A stretch of 64,000 nucleotides of DNA from Chrysomallon squamiferum (GCA_012295275.1 CM022670.1:26412001-26476000); one strand, 5' to 3'. Counted from the stretch's first letter, positions 34,601 to 60,850 are shown. Program-made: numbers and translations. Notes: generated from the letters alone by a model not told the origin.

Positions 34601-35335
34601 CAGTTTTTAATTCACATATTTGTTGTTTCATACTGTTATTATTATCTCTCATTTCACGGGTAGAACTGTTCCTGTCTGACACAACAGACGTCAAATCTCC
34701 GAGATCCTTTTTATTCCTTTCGAACTGTCTGTTAATGTAATTCATACCCGTTTCCGTAACTTGTACCTTTTTCTTAACATCAGTCATTTTACCGCTGATA
34801 TCTTGTACAGTTATTTTCCATATTATATTCAGTCGTTTTTTCGGTCATGTCCAATTTTTCCAGTTTATCACAGATTATATGTAACTTTCTAGTCAAAGTA
34901 TCTAATTTTATACTGACATTTTGATTGTGCACAACTGATGAAATTAAACCAGAATATCCATTAACGATCCATAGGGCTGTCCATACTGTGACTGCTAAGA
35001 CTGCTGGATGGCGCTTACTGTTGAATTGGTCTTGACTGATAAAATGGTGCACATGAACATCCAAGCTCGTTATTCTGTGTATTTGACACACCGAGGTATG
35101 GCGACTTCTTGACCAGCTTGGCTACTGCTTACCCTTACTTTCTGTTCATTTTCTCCACTTTTATTTTTACTCTTATTATTTTTCTTTTTACCTCTTTTCA
35201 TTTCATGTTGCATACTCACGTATCTTTAGAAATAATTTACATCGATAAAACAAATAAAATACCTTTAATACTAAAAAGCATTATATATTTTCACAGAGTG
35301 ATGAGAAACATGACTTTCATTTCCACGCATGCGCC
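31644..35335 (-). mobile_element. Decayed LINE (CR1/L2 group) with ORF1, APE endonuclease and partial RT
   Basis: ORF1 from ~35201 (MKRGKKKNNK..., coiled coil, KPYGVNEQFPKEINDRRK, GDKLYIEG). Endonuclease motifs YDIICLAES, RKSGGIVVY, GIVYVPPENS. RT flanks QSAGEDFIINECIK and YKYLGIHF...LLYGCEMWG...YGELGRYPL. The 3' end is aataaagtctttgtcattgtca. Multiple stops and frameshifts. Confidence 0.88.
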
Positions 35336-36642
35336 GTATGAGAACTATTTTGACTGTATCTTTAATATGACAATTTATATATTAACCATTCTTTATAATT
35401 TTCCTTGGTGAACTGAGAGCATTAATTAAGACTTTTTAATTGAGGTCAGTTATTTAGCTTCTTGTCTGTAGTTTTTGTTATATTTTCAGTCTGGCGTCAC
35501 CTGCTTGCAAACTATCACAGGATTTTACGAATTACAACATAAAAATAACGGATTTCAGGCAATAGGATTCCTGAAATATTATGCTGTTGTATACAACATA
35601 ACACTGTAATAATATAGTAATTTTTATTTAACATCAGTTACACAAAAATAAAAAGAAGTCTGAACCAGTAATACGGTACAAAAAAAAAAAAAAAAAAAAA
35701 AATTGTTCATTATTTAGTCTTTAAGCTATGTATTAATTTGACAAAATGTTGTGGAGGGAGTTTGTGGTTATTTTTGTTTATTTTTTTTTTGGACTTTTTT
35801 TGAAGTCTTCGTTTATTTTTAAAAGTATTTTTGGCGATGTGAAGACAGTCTAAAGATATTATACATACATCCACGTTTGTTTTTGTTTTTCTCTGTAATA
35901 ACAATTCCAGTTCCGAAGGAGTGAAATGGAGCTTTTCAAATCTTTACAAATATATATTAAATTTATCATACTAGTTAATATAAGCCATATTAGGTGGCCT
36001 AAAACAATAAAATAATAATTTCGTTTTGACCAGTTATTAATATCGCAGCACGTGCACTTTTGAAATGGAAATTCTTGATCATTTCCCCGTAATCGCCAGC
36101 TTTAGTTTAAAATATTTTACAAATGTTAATAATAATCAGAGTGTCTTTCATAACTTTCTTTATATAACAACATCATTTTTCAAATTATTATAGACGAGTC
36201 AACCCTTCGAATAAACTGGTCTAATTTCTAAGACTGTATTGCATATAAAATCTATTTTATTACATAGCAGTTAACCGTTTCGGTTATTATTAGTATTAAT
36301 AATATTTTAAAAGATTTTTTTTTTTTTTTTTTTTTTTTAATCAGAAGAAAAAAATTAAATATATATATATTATTATTATTATTTTAGGTTCCATCGCCAT
36401 AGTTAAACAGACGAATGAGTAATAGCTGTATTTAGATATATACAGAATACCTCCAAACAAAATGCTTTGCAATCCCTATATGGTTAATTCAGTCTATTTT
36501 CCATTTCTGTGTGTGCGTGCGTGTGTACGAATTGTTTATTTATTATTTAATTGTTCAATCTATTCTTCCTTTGATAAAAAAAAACTACATTTGTTATGCT
36601 ACTACAGCTTCACAGTTCAGCTAATCTTTCAATTAAACTCGT

Positions 36643-40231
<3,589 letters not shown>

Positions 40232-40449
40232 CTCCTGTACCTTTTATCCGAAAGGAAGTTTCATCACGTTAACTGTTACTGTCGTTGAAACAATGTTTTG
40301 TAATAAAATTTTACTGAATTGCACACATTAATTATAATAAAAATACAAAATTCCTTCGTCAGTTCATAACAATTAAAATGGGTAATGAATTATAGACGAT
40401 AACAGCTTTAGGAGATGATTTATACTTATGTTATTTTTATTATTATTAC

Positions 40450-40494
<45 letters not shown>

Positions 40495-42286
40495 CACACA
40501 CATATATATGGATTTATCAATACAAAGAGAATGTAAAAAGAAAAACAAGAACTGAACTGATATTTTAACACAATAACCTATTATTTCTTATATTCTGCAA
40601 TCCTAAATAAGAGAAAAATTACGTTTTGTTTCTCAGAGTACTCTACAGCATCACATTTCTGCTTATTGATTTTGTTTTGATCTATGCAAACAATACATCG
40701 AAATAAAATAGTTCTTGAATATAAAAAATTCATCTGTAACTGTAAATGGAAACCGTTTTCAAAACGGTCTTTTGAACTCTAAATCAACAAATAAACACAA
40801 AAGAAGTAGTCTTGAGCATTGTATACATGTATATAAAAATAACAAGTAATTTATCGAAGTGAAAATATTTCCGTCCCAAAAAGCTGTTTTTGATTAATGG
40901 CCGAAAACAGAAATTTATCTCGTCATCTTATCCGTATCTTGTTAGTAGATGATTGCAGGATATATATATCTGAAAAGTATACATATATATGTATGTATAT
41001 ATACTTTTCAGATTACATTTTCTTTAAACTTCAGGCAGTACTTGGATTTGTCCCTTTTTGTGACTGTACCGAACAAAGAACTAAAATTATATGAAAAAGC
41101 TGAATGAAAACAGTGGCTTACGCTGAAGTAAATAACTAACTACACACAGTATAAATAAATAAATAAATAAATAATTAAAATAAAATAAGAAATTAAGTTG
41201 AAATCAATAACCTGTTTGAGAAAAGCACTTCAGATCCAAATCTTCATTTCTACAAATTCTTAGAACTGTATGACGTCATGGTTATTACGTCAGGTCTCTT
41301 GCTCAGTCCAGATCGTGTCTTAAGAGGGAAGATAGTTTAACCCACTTAACCGCTGGAGAAAGCTTTTAAATTAATTTCCAAGTTTCACAAATTAAAGAGA
41401 ACAATATTTTACTTAAATAATATATAGATCTATTTTGCCTACATTGTTTCAACTTTTATTTATTTATTTATATATTTATTATTCTAAATGTTTTTTTCCA
41501 AATCTGGAATGAAAAACAAAATGTACTTTCAGATAAATTATATTAAAAAGATTAGTTGATAGTACTTTTTTAAAATTTAAATGGTTTTTTTTTTTTTTTT
41601 TATTCTTCATCTTCTTAATCTGAATAATTTATACGTGGTATATTCTTGTTATTCAAGACTCGAGAAAAAAAGTGGGCGTTAATGATATTTCTGGAGTGTC
41701 AGTTTGCATGATTATATTGCAGGATTTGGCAATTTTCTATCTAGGTAAACAAGAAACTAACACACCCAAGAAACGTGTTTTGTTTGTGCTTTCAAGGACA
41801 AACAAGAACAAACAAATTGTGTAGTTCTCTTTATGCTGAAAACCTATCATGTATGGATAATATTAACGCATTTATAATGTTTTCTTCTGCACACAAACGT
41901 GTTTTTATGACAGTTTTCTGAAATATCTTCTAGGTCAGAATTTTTTTTTTCTACTCTTGAATGGTTCTCACTTCTGTGCACTTAATGACGACATTGATAT
42001 TCATGATTATGTATTCTGACATTTTGTTAATGTCAGAAAAGTTTCATCTATACTCGAATGGTTTTCCAGAACATGAATCTAATGACTGATACAAACATGT
42101 TCATGATTATGCGTTTGTACAGTTTTATTTTCTCAAAAACTCTTTATAATAAACCTTATAGCAGTCAGAATGAAGACGTTCCTGTCTATACAAGATCTAT
42201 TCATTTTTATCATTATCTGTTTATTATTATTTATTTATTTATTTATTTAATTTTTTATTAATATCTTATATATATATATATATATA

Positions 42287-42610
42287 TAGTGGTACCCCGA
42301 GTTACGAGTGCCCCAAATTACGATTTTACCGAGTTACGAGCAGTCGCATTTTCGAGTTTCAGATGCGCCGCCGCTAGTTGGCGCAACGAACAACACGACA
42401 TCCGCGCCGCATTCTGCTTCTCTAATGTGTCGCGTTTATGTGCAGTATTTTTCCAAATTTCAGTGGATCCTAACAGAGTGAGTGCAAAGGACAGTGCTGA
42501 GAAGAAGAAGTGGTTGATGTTCATTGAATTATAGCATGAAATCATAGAAAAATATGTGCGAGGTGTCCATGTAGTCAATATGGCTAGGCATTACGAGCAT
42601 AGTACTTTAC
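42287..42610 (+). mobile_element. 5' fragment of a Tigger/pogo DNA transposon (left TIR plus CENP-B-type HTH start)
   Basis: Starts in a (TA)n run with agtggtaccccgagttacga. Encodes DPNRVSAKDSAEKKKWLMFIEL*HEIIEKYVRGVHVVNMARHYEHST, resembling the N-terminal HTH of Tigger transposases; internal stop, truncated. Confidence 0.8.
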
Positions 42611-44457
42611 TATATGTACAATACTGTTCTTTTAAGACAATATATTTTCGTTGTTTTTGGTTTTTTATATGGCTTATATATATATATAAACAGAAACAAA
42701 ATACAACAGATAGAAACAACAATAAACATATTGTCTCAAAAGAACGGTATATCATATACTTCATTTTCATCAGGTATAGAATCTCTTTAGTATAATTATG
42801 AAATACAAGTCTGGTTGCCGAAGCTGAAGACCTCGTTAAAATGTACATCTACTTGTTTAAGGAATATTTAAAGATTGCTGCATTTATCACGTTTCGTGAC
42901 TGTTTTATTTCTTTTTGTTGGACACTTTTGCAGTCTTCTAGATGTGTTTTTAACAGCTCTATAAAACTGTTTTAACGTCTGAATTTATAGACAGTGAAAT
43001 AAGTAAAGAGCGGTTAACACGTAAACAGGTATACTTCTGAAATATACAAATGGCAATAAGTCAACTGCGACAGTACCTTTATATAATAATAATAATAATT
43101 TACACAGCTACATATATATAAAAATACATACTCATATATATGTACATATAAATACATGCATACATACATGCATATATACATGCAATCATACAATTATCCA
43201 CACATAGACACATAAGCACATACATGTAGAACATTAATTAAAAAATGTCCAGCTCTTTCTGTAAAGTATGAACTGAGCATAAACAATTACAAAAAACATC
43301 AAAACAGTTTTAATACAGTACCAGTGACATATATTATTATATAGCATTTATTATTTCTTTCATTAAGTGAATGAATAATAATAAGAAGAAGAAGAAGAAG
43401 AAGTAATAAAGAAGATGAAGATATAGTAATAATAATGTTCTTTTTTTTATTTTTACTGGGTTCTTTTTTTTTTTTTTTTTTTTTAGTTGTTTGTTTGTTG
43501 TTATTTTCCTTGGTTTTTTGGTTGTTTTTTCTGTTAACCAGTAAACCTATATCCCATTAACTGTGAAATTTAAGTACTCGCGATTCCATTATCTCTTTAC
43601 ACACTCATATTGGTCACATTTATAATTCAGTGTTTCGAAACATATTTTATGAAGTAATTTTCAAATTCATCATTTATTTATTATTCTTATGTGTGTGTGA
43701 TTATATATAGAGAGAGAGAGAGAGAGATAGATAGATAGATATAGATATAATGTTTGGTTTGTTTTTTTCCTTTTTTTATTTCTTTGTTTGCATATCTCCT
43801 GTTTGGCACTCTTTTTGCGTCAGAAACGTACAATGCATGAAGAACAAAGTTACGTGACTCACGAATTACTAACTGCAGTAAACAATACCGCAACTAACAA
43901 TCCGCTTAAATTTCAGTCGGTTAAATTTTAATGGCTTTTTTTTTGTGCGTGCATGTCCATGTGACAACATTGTAAATGAAAAGTCGTGTATGCCAAACAA
44001 TAAAGGAAAATACATTTAGTATTATGAGCATTCATGTGACAACATCGTGAATACGACGTTATTTGTAAGTGCATATACATAAATATGTTATTACAGATGT
44101 ATCACAAGGGGTACATTCATCATGCACAGCTTTACAGTGTATTAAGTATACGTACCTCTTAGACTTGTGTAGATGCGTAAAAATTAGTCTCCGGTTTCTT
44201 GATTTTTTTTCTTATTAAACCATGCACACAAAAATCAAGCATACGTGCAAAGACACACGTATGTGTGTGTGTGGGGGTGTGTCTGTGTGTGTGTGTGTGT
44301 CTTTGTGTGCATGCATACATATATACTCGCATACAGACATGTGTATATATGTATTATTGTTGTTGTTGTTGTGAATTTGTGTGCTTAATGGATGTGAATG
44401 AAGAGGAACAAAACACTATTTAAAAATATGTAATTAAGATTTAATTTGAACAAATAT

Positions 44458-52295
<7,838 letters not shown>

Positions 52296-52723
52296 TGTAA
52301 CAGCAGGAATTAAGATCCGTTTTGTACGTTTTGATTTTATTTTTTGTTTGTTTGATATATTGATAACATTATCACTCAAAAATAATCAGTAAAAAAATAA
52401 ATAATCACAGTAACAGAGTAAACACAACTGTTTAAAACTTTCAGCAACACACTAAAACGCCAGCCTGTTGAGAAAAGAAGAAAAACACAGTGTGTTCGGT
52501 CGCATGTCCATCTAGAAATGCAAAAAGAAATGACCTCGCACGCTTCAGTTAATATAACTGAACAAAGGCTTCACTATCTGACCTGATATTGCCGCAGGTA
52601 TCTGATACTACAGACAGGTTGTTTCAGTTGAATATGTTATCTCTGCACGTGATTTGTCGACTGCAAATCGTCGAGAGAGCGGGGCTGACCTCTTTTGAAA
52701 TAAATATTTTAAGTAAATAAATA

Positions 52724-53122
52724 CAGTCGAACCTCGGATTACGAATTTAATTCGTAAACCAAACTGTACGTAAATCGAAGCGACGTCGTTTTGCAATTAT
52801 TTCTTTCTTAACCTCTACTGTGACACGTTTATACTGTCCACCAGCATTACTGCTTTCACTTTTTGTTTTCTTGGGGCCATATTGGATAGGGTATAATAAA
52901 AGCAGCAACACTTTAAAACATGCGAGCGCAAAAAATATCGAGCGGCAACTGTGATTCGAAGACTAAAGGCCCTAATTCATGATATATATTGACGTCAGCA
53001 TCTATTCTTATCTTTACTAGATGTTAGTAAAACCGACGTCAAAATAAAGCCTGGGACATTATTCGTTAAATGCGAGACAAAAACTGGCTTGTAATCCGAT
53101 TTGTTCGTGCTTGGAGGCGTTT
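52724..53122. mobile_element. Partial Tc1/mariner-pogo type MITE upstream of gene F
   Basis: TA|cagtcgaacctcggattacgaatttaattcgt left end; gtaatccgatttgttcgt subterminal motif near 53090; no complete right TIR. Confidence 0.5.
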
Positions 53123-53876
53123 TATTATTATTATTTTATTTTATTTAATATTTTTATTTTTATTATTTTTTTTTTTTATTATTATTATTATAACTATATT
53201 TTTTTTTTTTTTTTTAGTACGATGCAAGCACAACCTACCGTCAGTTATTTTATTGTGACGTAACGAAAAAGACTGGTTGACGAAAAAGATCATGCGCAAA
53301 ACAAGTTCCTTGCTCTCGTTAATGTATTCGTTAGTAAAAATAGTTTCATATGTTACACCTGTATAAATAGATGCACCAAGTATAATATAAAGAGCATTTG
53401 ACAGTGTGCCAGAAAAAACCGATGAACTAAAAAGCGTCTGACTGGAGCCATAAAGCGGGTTGTTGATCGACATAGAATTATACACGGACCAATAGAATGG
53501 GAATTGACAGATATGACAGCGGTTGCTATTGTATATATACTGTGCTAAATAAGTTTAGCAGTTACGTACCAGATAGGAAATACAGACGACCTGACTGGAT
53601 GTTGAATTTATTTGTAGACATTATTTCATTCTGAATGAAGCCAGCAGTATCACGTTGTCACGGTGTCAGTGTTGTTACTTTAACGTCAACTGATAAAACG
53701 GAGGGGTGCGTTTACCAAAATGGTGAGAAAAGCTGAGTAATGTGTGCATGCACCAGCGGCATTGACGACAGCATCTCATACTTCTAATGAGAGCATTAAT
53801 CTCAAGAACAGAACTGCCTTCCATTCCCGGTTCAGAGCAATTTATAGGTCATGGACATTAAGGATATGAGGATAAA

Positions 53877-53907
<31 letters not shown>

Positions 53908-54233
53908 TAAAAATAAAAGATGAAAAATAAATAGCATTCGAACTAAAATTATTTTAAGAAGATTGTGAAAGCAATAAAATGATGTCATATTGACGATGAT
54001 GAGTGGAAAAATAACGGAATAATGGCATTATTGTGTTCCAAAAATCCCTGGAATTCTGGCCTGTTGTTTCAAGCTTTATTGAATGTTCATCGAACTTCAA
54101 TTAAATGTTCATATCTCTCAATACAGTTCTATGAAATTTCCAGAAATTGCTTGAGATTAAAAGTCTAGATTACCTAAATCTATAACTAAGAAAAAATATA
54201 AAAATATAATCATTATGATTTAATGGATTCGTC

Positions 54234-54733
54234 CGGTTCGATTCAAAGGAGCGACATGTCACAAGAGTGGCATAACAAAGGAGTGAAACCTCAGATATAA
54301 ATTTCAAAGGAGCGACAACCATCCAACCATCCCCAACTTAACAAAGATGAAGAGAGAACAAATCCAGAGGGAAGAGAGGCTTGCAGCTGTTGTCAGCAGA
54401 CATGGAACTGTCCCCTTTCGTCGAATACCTTCGTGGAATTGGGCACAATCTGCATTTCAGTTCAAGAAATGTAAACGACTGTGAGGTGGAAGATAATTTC
54501 AGTGATGAAGAACAAGAATTGTAAACAAGTTTAAAATACATTAACCGTTCAATGGTTCTAGTTTTTGAAATAAAATCTTAATAATTTTAATTAAAAAAAT
54601 TATAATTTGTTTTTTGGGGTGGGGGGGTTTGGAATAAAATTTTAATTATACTTTGTCACTCCAGTAAAATGTGAGTCCTTTAATACGGTATTTATGTCAC
54701 TCCTATGAAATGTCACTCCTTCGATACAGACCC
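54234..54733 (+). mobile_element. 500-bp non-autonomous Mutator-like (MULE) element
   Basis: Perfect 8-bp target duplication gattcgtc (54226-54233 and 54734-54741); imperfect ~40-bp TIRs with repeated ggag(t/c)gaca motifs. Internal remnant REERLAAVVSRHG../..VEYLRGIGHNL resembles the C-terminus of invertebrate MULE transposases. Confidence 0.75.
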
Positions 54734-57592
54734 GATTCGTCACATCCAGAAAAAATAATCATCAAAGAAACACAAGTTGAAGGTATACAATATGTGCTTG
54801 ATTCACATTTGGGCTAAGCAGGTTGCAACTCAAGGTTTTATAATTAAGGAGAACCTTTGAAATTAAAAAAAAAAAAAAAAAATCAAAATTCATCATTAAT
54901 TGTATTTCATTTGTAAATGGTAAGCTAGAAAGAAACTTTTCTGTGTGAAAAAGTGATTTAATACACTTGTATTACGCAGTCATTTATATATAACGGGGCC
55001 CTCTCCATTAAACATCACAAAATTTACTTTTTAGTGATGATTTAGGGATTGGCAAATACCTTAGTACCTTGTCACCTGGGTTAAATTATCTTATTTTAGC
55101 TTTCCTATCAAACTGTTTTTTTTATTTAGTTTGAGCTTTCGCTAAATGTTTTTGGCCTCAGTCGCCTGCCATAATCTATCTTTTTTCTCTCTCTGATTTT
55201 CATCTGACATGATTTATTTACGGTTTTATTCATAAACACATCATTATGCGCATAAAAACATTCACTCTCATTTAAAAGGTATTTTTTATCCACTATTTTT
55301 ACCAGCCCTTTCAAAGGTGGATCCTCTAACAGCACTGATTCTGCTATACTCGGAATTACACCTATGTCATTACTCCCCCCATTCTCGTTATCTACAGAAT
55401 CTCCAAATGAAGCAGCCTCTGTTAAAATGTCTCTGTTTTGCTCTATCTTGTTTGAAATATTTGCCAATTCTTGGCTGTTATAATAAAAGTGACACTAGGA
55501 TTGTTCAATATATCCTGATCCATAATTATTTCTCAGTTTTGATTTTATTTTTTCTATTTATTTATTTATATATTTTGGGGGTTTTTTTTATATTTATTTT
55601 ATTTTTTATTATTTTGTTTTTATTTATTTTTTATTTTTTATTTTTTTGTGTATTGTGTTTTTTCAAGTGGATATAAATATAAATTAGCTGTTATTAAATT
55701 GAGAAAATACTCAGTACATCTAAAGAAATGATTCCATAAGAATTTTAGAAAACGAGCCCCCAATATAATCATTGAGAAAAATCCTGGACGAGAGGATATA
55801 TGTCACAGGCTCACACCTTTAAACATCTTCGATGTTTTATTAAGGCTCAGCCTAGGCTAACAAGGTGCTTTAATGGCCACTTAAAAAGAAATATAAAGCC
55901 TAAATCGACAGCAATCTATATCAGTCAATAATTATAGCTAGCTACTAGAGAAATAAAGTTAATTATTTAACCACAATGTACAAGTCACTTCATAATAATA
56001 CATTATACAACTGATAAAACATACATTTAAATAATCTTGGTAAATGATATGAGTAAGGTGATACGGAGAATCACATCAAAGTAAGAATCTGCACGGAGAA
56101 CAGATTAAAACATTAAAATTTTAGGTACAATAAATATTGTCGACACATTATACCCTATCAAAATAAGAATAGACAATGATTTACCTTACTCGTCCGTAAA
56201 GACAATGTCATTCAAAAACACTGATTACTCGCCTGAATGAGCTTTCGTGTTGGCCTTTTTCCTTCTTCGATTAATTACCAAGTGTTAAAACATCGCCATG
56301 GAGTTTAAAAATTGGCGGCAAAAATCAAAAGTGCGGACGTGATTAAAATAAAAATTAATTATGCAGTTTGAATTCCATGACATTAAAATAAACAGGCGGA
56401 TGTCGCAGAAAGATAAATTTGTTACGCAATCTGAATTCAGTGACAGTCTATAATCCAGATTTCTAGGTAATGGACGTAATTGTGAGAAATATTAATTCAG
56501 CCAAGAATCATTATATAATGTAAAATCTAAAAAAAAAAAATATATATATATATAATAATAAAATAAAGATAGTAAATTACTTTAAATAAAATGTACATAT
56601 ATATTTTAAATATAATGTGATTGTACCAGCAACAGATGATAAATAAAAAATAAAATATATACATTTTCAGTTATTGTTTCAGAAATAAACAGCGACCAGA
56701 TACGTTTCTACCTGTATATATTGTTTATACAGTTCATTAGACAATTGTCTGCCAATTTCATTATTTTTGTTAATTTGTTTTATTAACTAGTCAGATGAGG
56801 GGTATGGAATAAACTTGTTTTGGTTTTGGTTTAATTTGATACCTTAATTAAAGTATTTATTTATTATCCAGTACAGTATAACGTATTAAATGTCTGAGTT
56901 GCATCCACATACAGATAATACACACAATACCTCTATAAAGAAAATAGCTAAACCGTGAACTGAAAATCAGCGACGAAAAGAAAAACTGGGCAAAGCAATG
57001 CACTGGGACCATTACATATACAACATGAGAAAAAAGTAATCGATAGGCCCCTGGCCACCAGGTAACCGCCCAGTCTGCCCATACCTTTACACAGCACTGG
57101 AACTGGATATGCTTCACACTGAGTGTCAGTCAGGGATCAAATAACATCAAGTGACTTAAAGGTTTTATACTGGGTTACCGTCAGAAGTTCAGCCTGTGTT
57201 GCTGTTTCCTCCTTGCAGTTGCCACCATTTGTGTGATGTGCCTTATCATGAGGTTAAAGTTAAATCTGTAGGATCACGTTTTGGCATATCAGTTTGTAAA
57301 ACTGCAATATTATTTGTAATACTTTGCACACGATTCCACATGCAGACGAAAGAACCACCATATATGTTTTATGCATCACGTTCGTATATATCAGTTTTTG
57401 TCTGTTACCAGAATACATTATTAATGGTATCGTTCTTAGTGATTTTTCCATTCAGTTTAGCTCGAATGGTTTATTTAAATTTTATATATAACAGATAAAA
57501 GCAACGCAAGGTCTTTCGTGTCTTGGTCGACTTTTCGCACTTAGCAGATTTATAAATGATAATTTCTTTAAGAAAATAAAAAATAAAGGAAG

Positions 57593-57668
<76 letters not shown>

Positions 57669-58844
57669 AAGGGAGACTATTACATTTAGCTAACTTATTT
57701 AACATGGGTTATTCCCCGTATAAAGAACAGATGCACTGAAATAGGTAGAAACATGCAAATAGACAAACAGTCCGACAGGTAGAATGATGGCTACTTAGGA
57801 AGACATGTAGATAGAAAGATAAGAATACAGACCGACAAATATAGCAATAAGGCATGATAGGTTTAATAAATAATGGTCATATAATGGTCCGTGTCATCGT
57901 ATCCCAATCCAGCGACTGCTCGATAAATGTGATATCAAAGACAAACACATCTACACTTTTGTAAGGTACATATAAATTATCACTGACTACTGACCTTTGT
58001 TTGACGGTTTCTTTTCCTGTATAATCGTTATACAAAAGAAAAGTACATGTAACCCATATAATTTTCAATATTAAAACATGCACTGAATCTTAACTGGTAT
58101 AATAAAGCTTTTGATTTGCTAGTGCAGACTGATATTCCTTGCTGCTACGTGGGAAAGTGACGGATGTTACAAACCTGTGACCACTTCTCTACGCCAGATA
58201 ATCGTACATATAACAGACTGTATGCGTTGTTATGTAAAACATTTCTTCTCTGGGGAAATGTTTTCGGTTTCTGACACTGGGACACATGCATATGCTTCAA
58301 GCCTTCAGATACAACAGAAATTCCAGTAATTAAGGATTATCTTGCAATGATGCAGAGATTTACAGTCTGTTTGAACCATAGGTTTTGGCAAGGCAAAACT
58401 GAACTTTTGATAACGTGGATAATTATTACCCAAGTTTCACTGCGGTTTATACGACCTGAGTCTTGACCTGCCCCTCCTTGGCTGAGTACGAAACCGATAG
58501 AGATCTTGCAGAGAGGGGAGTCGTCTCCCTTGAATAAACAAATGCCAAGACGATAATAACTGGCAAGCGTAAGACGAAAATGGTTTTAAACGATAAAAAT
58601 AATCATTAATGTACTGAGTAAAGGTGTAATGTGTGAATAAGTGTGTATTATTTTATACACGTGTGGGTGTGTGGTGTGTGTGGGTGGGTGTGTGTATCTA
58701 TATATACATATGTATGTAAGTCATGTAGGTAGGCAGGGTACAAATTAATTTGATGAGAGTGAAATATTCATTTGTAATAATAGCAATAACAATAACAGAA
58801 GTATTAGCTGTTGTAATAATAATAGTAGTTGTAGTAGTAGTAGT

Positions 58845-58882
<38 letters not shown>

Positions 58883-60656
58883 TAGTAGTAGTAGCAGTGG
58901 TGGTGGTGATGGTGGTGGTGGTAGAAATAATAGTAGAAGCTTTGTATTTATGTTTTATCTTACACTGTTGAGAATCGAAGCAGCTGTCCTTAACGCATGA
59001 CACAGTATGACATCTCTCTGCGTTTTGAGGCGACATAAAATTTGCCTGTTAACCTATCTTCTTCTTCTTCTTCTTCTTCTTAGCTGTTTATTTGTTCTAA
59101 CTTACGACAGCATGCGGTACATAAATACTGATAACTGTTTCTTTGTACGTTTCGGATATTTCGAGCGAAAATATTTCACACTCAGAGATTAGGAATATGG
59201 GTGTGTGCGTGCTTCAGTTTTGCAAAGTTTATCAAGCTCTCATGGTAGAGTATACAGGCCTAATATTTATTACAGAAAGATCAAACAGAAAGAATGACAT
59301 TTTTCAAGTATATCTGATAAAAAGGCTTTGAAGATTTCTGTGTGTGTATTACTCAATGTTTATGCATCTGGATGTATATGTTTTTGAATATATACATATT
59401 TAAAGATTACATGATTTTTGGAACTGGTTACACTTGTCTTTAGTGTAATACGGGATTTTGGGTATGAAATTAATCATTCCAGTTGTATCCTGATTTGTAT
59501 ATGCATTATATAATTTATCATATATTAATATGAATATTTATATTACTGTAATAGACACAAGTAAATATATTTTTTTTGTATGTATTAATTTTATATGATT
59601 TGTAAGTGTATTAATATAAATATATTATGTTTAATAAACATTATCTATATATATATATGCAAACACGCACGTACGCACAATTACACACAAATCAACGTTT
59701 ATGCATTAATCTATTGACTGATTTCGGGTATTTGTATATTTTTTATCTTTTATTTTAGATGGATTTTTCCGTACAATGGTTACTTTGATGTTGACTCACC
59801 AGTCAATAAGAGTAAAATACAGATTTGTCACGACACAAGTAAACATCATCATCACAGAAAAACTGTATTTTTCAACTTCTGATTAATAAAGACATCGAAA
59901 AAATACAATTATTCGTTCCTTCGTTATTTTAAGTAAATTACAATTTAGTAGATTTCCGGGTTAATAGGTGAATATTATCGGGAAGGGGGTTGTTGTTTGT
60001 TGTTTTGGAGGGGAACTTTTGCTGTTTCGGAGTTGTTGTTTTTTTTAATTTATTTTTTATTGATTATGTGGAGGTGCTAAATAAATAATTTTGAAAAAGC
60101 TAACTGCCTTCTTGTTTCAAGATTACCACCCTAATTAGCATCAAGTTTGATAGAATTGTTTTGATAGTTGTATGCTTAGAAATCTGTTATCAGTGCCGGG
60201 TCTGCACACTTTATACAAAGATAGGTGTCCATGAAGGTGAGGGCTATGGAAACCTGATTGTTGAGACAGCGTACAGCTGGTTAATTAAAATCTTTTATTA
60301 GACAGTTTGTGTGAGACGAGGCGCAGATTCTGACAAATGGGTTTAATCAAGACAGTGTCTACAGCAGAACATTTGTTTAGAAACATTCTGCTAAATAATT
60401 AAGTGTAAGATTTTAACTCGCTGCAACTGATATCTAAACTGAAAACTTCCGTGTGAGGCTGATATCATGAGCAGTATTTTGTTTATGTAGTCGAAGATTT
60501 AAACTTTACTTAAGGGGAAAAAAAAAGATCATTTCATATCCTTAGATTTTGTATTTTTTATTTCTATTACTACTTTCACTGCAGTTACAACTACTATCAC
60601 TATTACTACTACTATTATTGCTATTGTTGTTATGAAAGTGTTTTATATAGACATAC

Positions 60657-60850
60657 CTCAACAAACACACATACACACAGATACACACACACACACACAC
60701 ACACACACGCGCCAACATGGCAAGTGTAATATGTGTTTCGACATTATTACTGAAAATGTTTCTCTTCATTTCTTCAAACAAAAACAACAGCAAATTAACA
60801 GATACAAAAACAATAAATGCTTTAAATCTCATTCCGGTTTTCTTTCTCAT
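60657..60850 (-). other. Possible orphan or alternative first exon encoding a basic tail plus hydrophobic segment
   Basis: MRKKTGMRFKAFIVFVSVNLLLFLFEEMK resembles the first exons of B, E and F. Nearest good donor is gag|gtatgt at 60656, after a (TG)n run. No downstream catalytic exons found before F. Confidence 0.25.

Noticed and set aside
53485-53850. CCAAT and TATA-like motifs followed by complex sequence
   Set aside because: No open frame or recognisable product; probably repeat-derived and not supportable as a promoter.
56868-57100. Possible MITE with ccagt... termini
   Set aside because: Inverted repeat too degenerate and no clear target-site duplication.
59799-59870. Minus-strand peptide FFCDDDVYLCRDKSVFYSY, spaced like METTL24 exon 3
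   Set aside because: Flanked by in-frame stops, the donor is not at the homologous position and no neighbouring exons were found; likely chance similarity.
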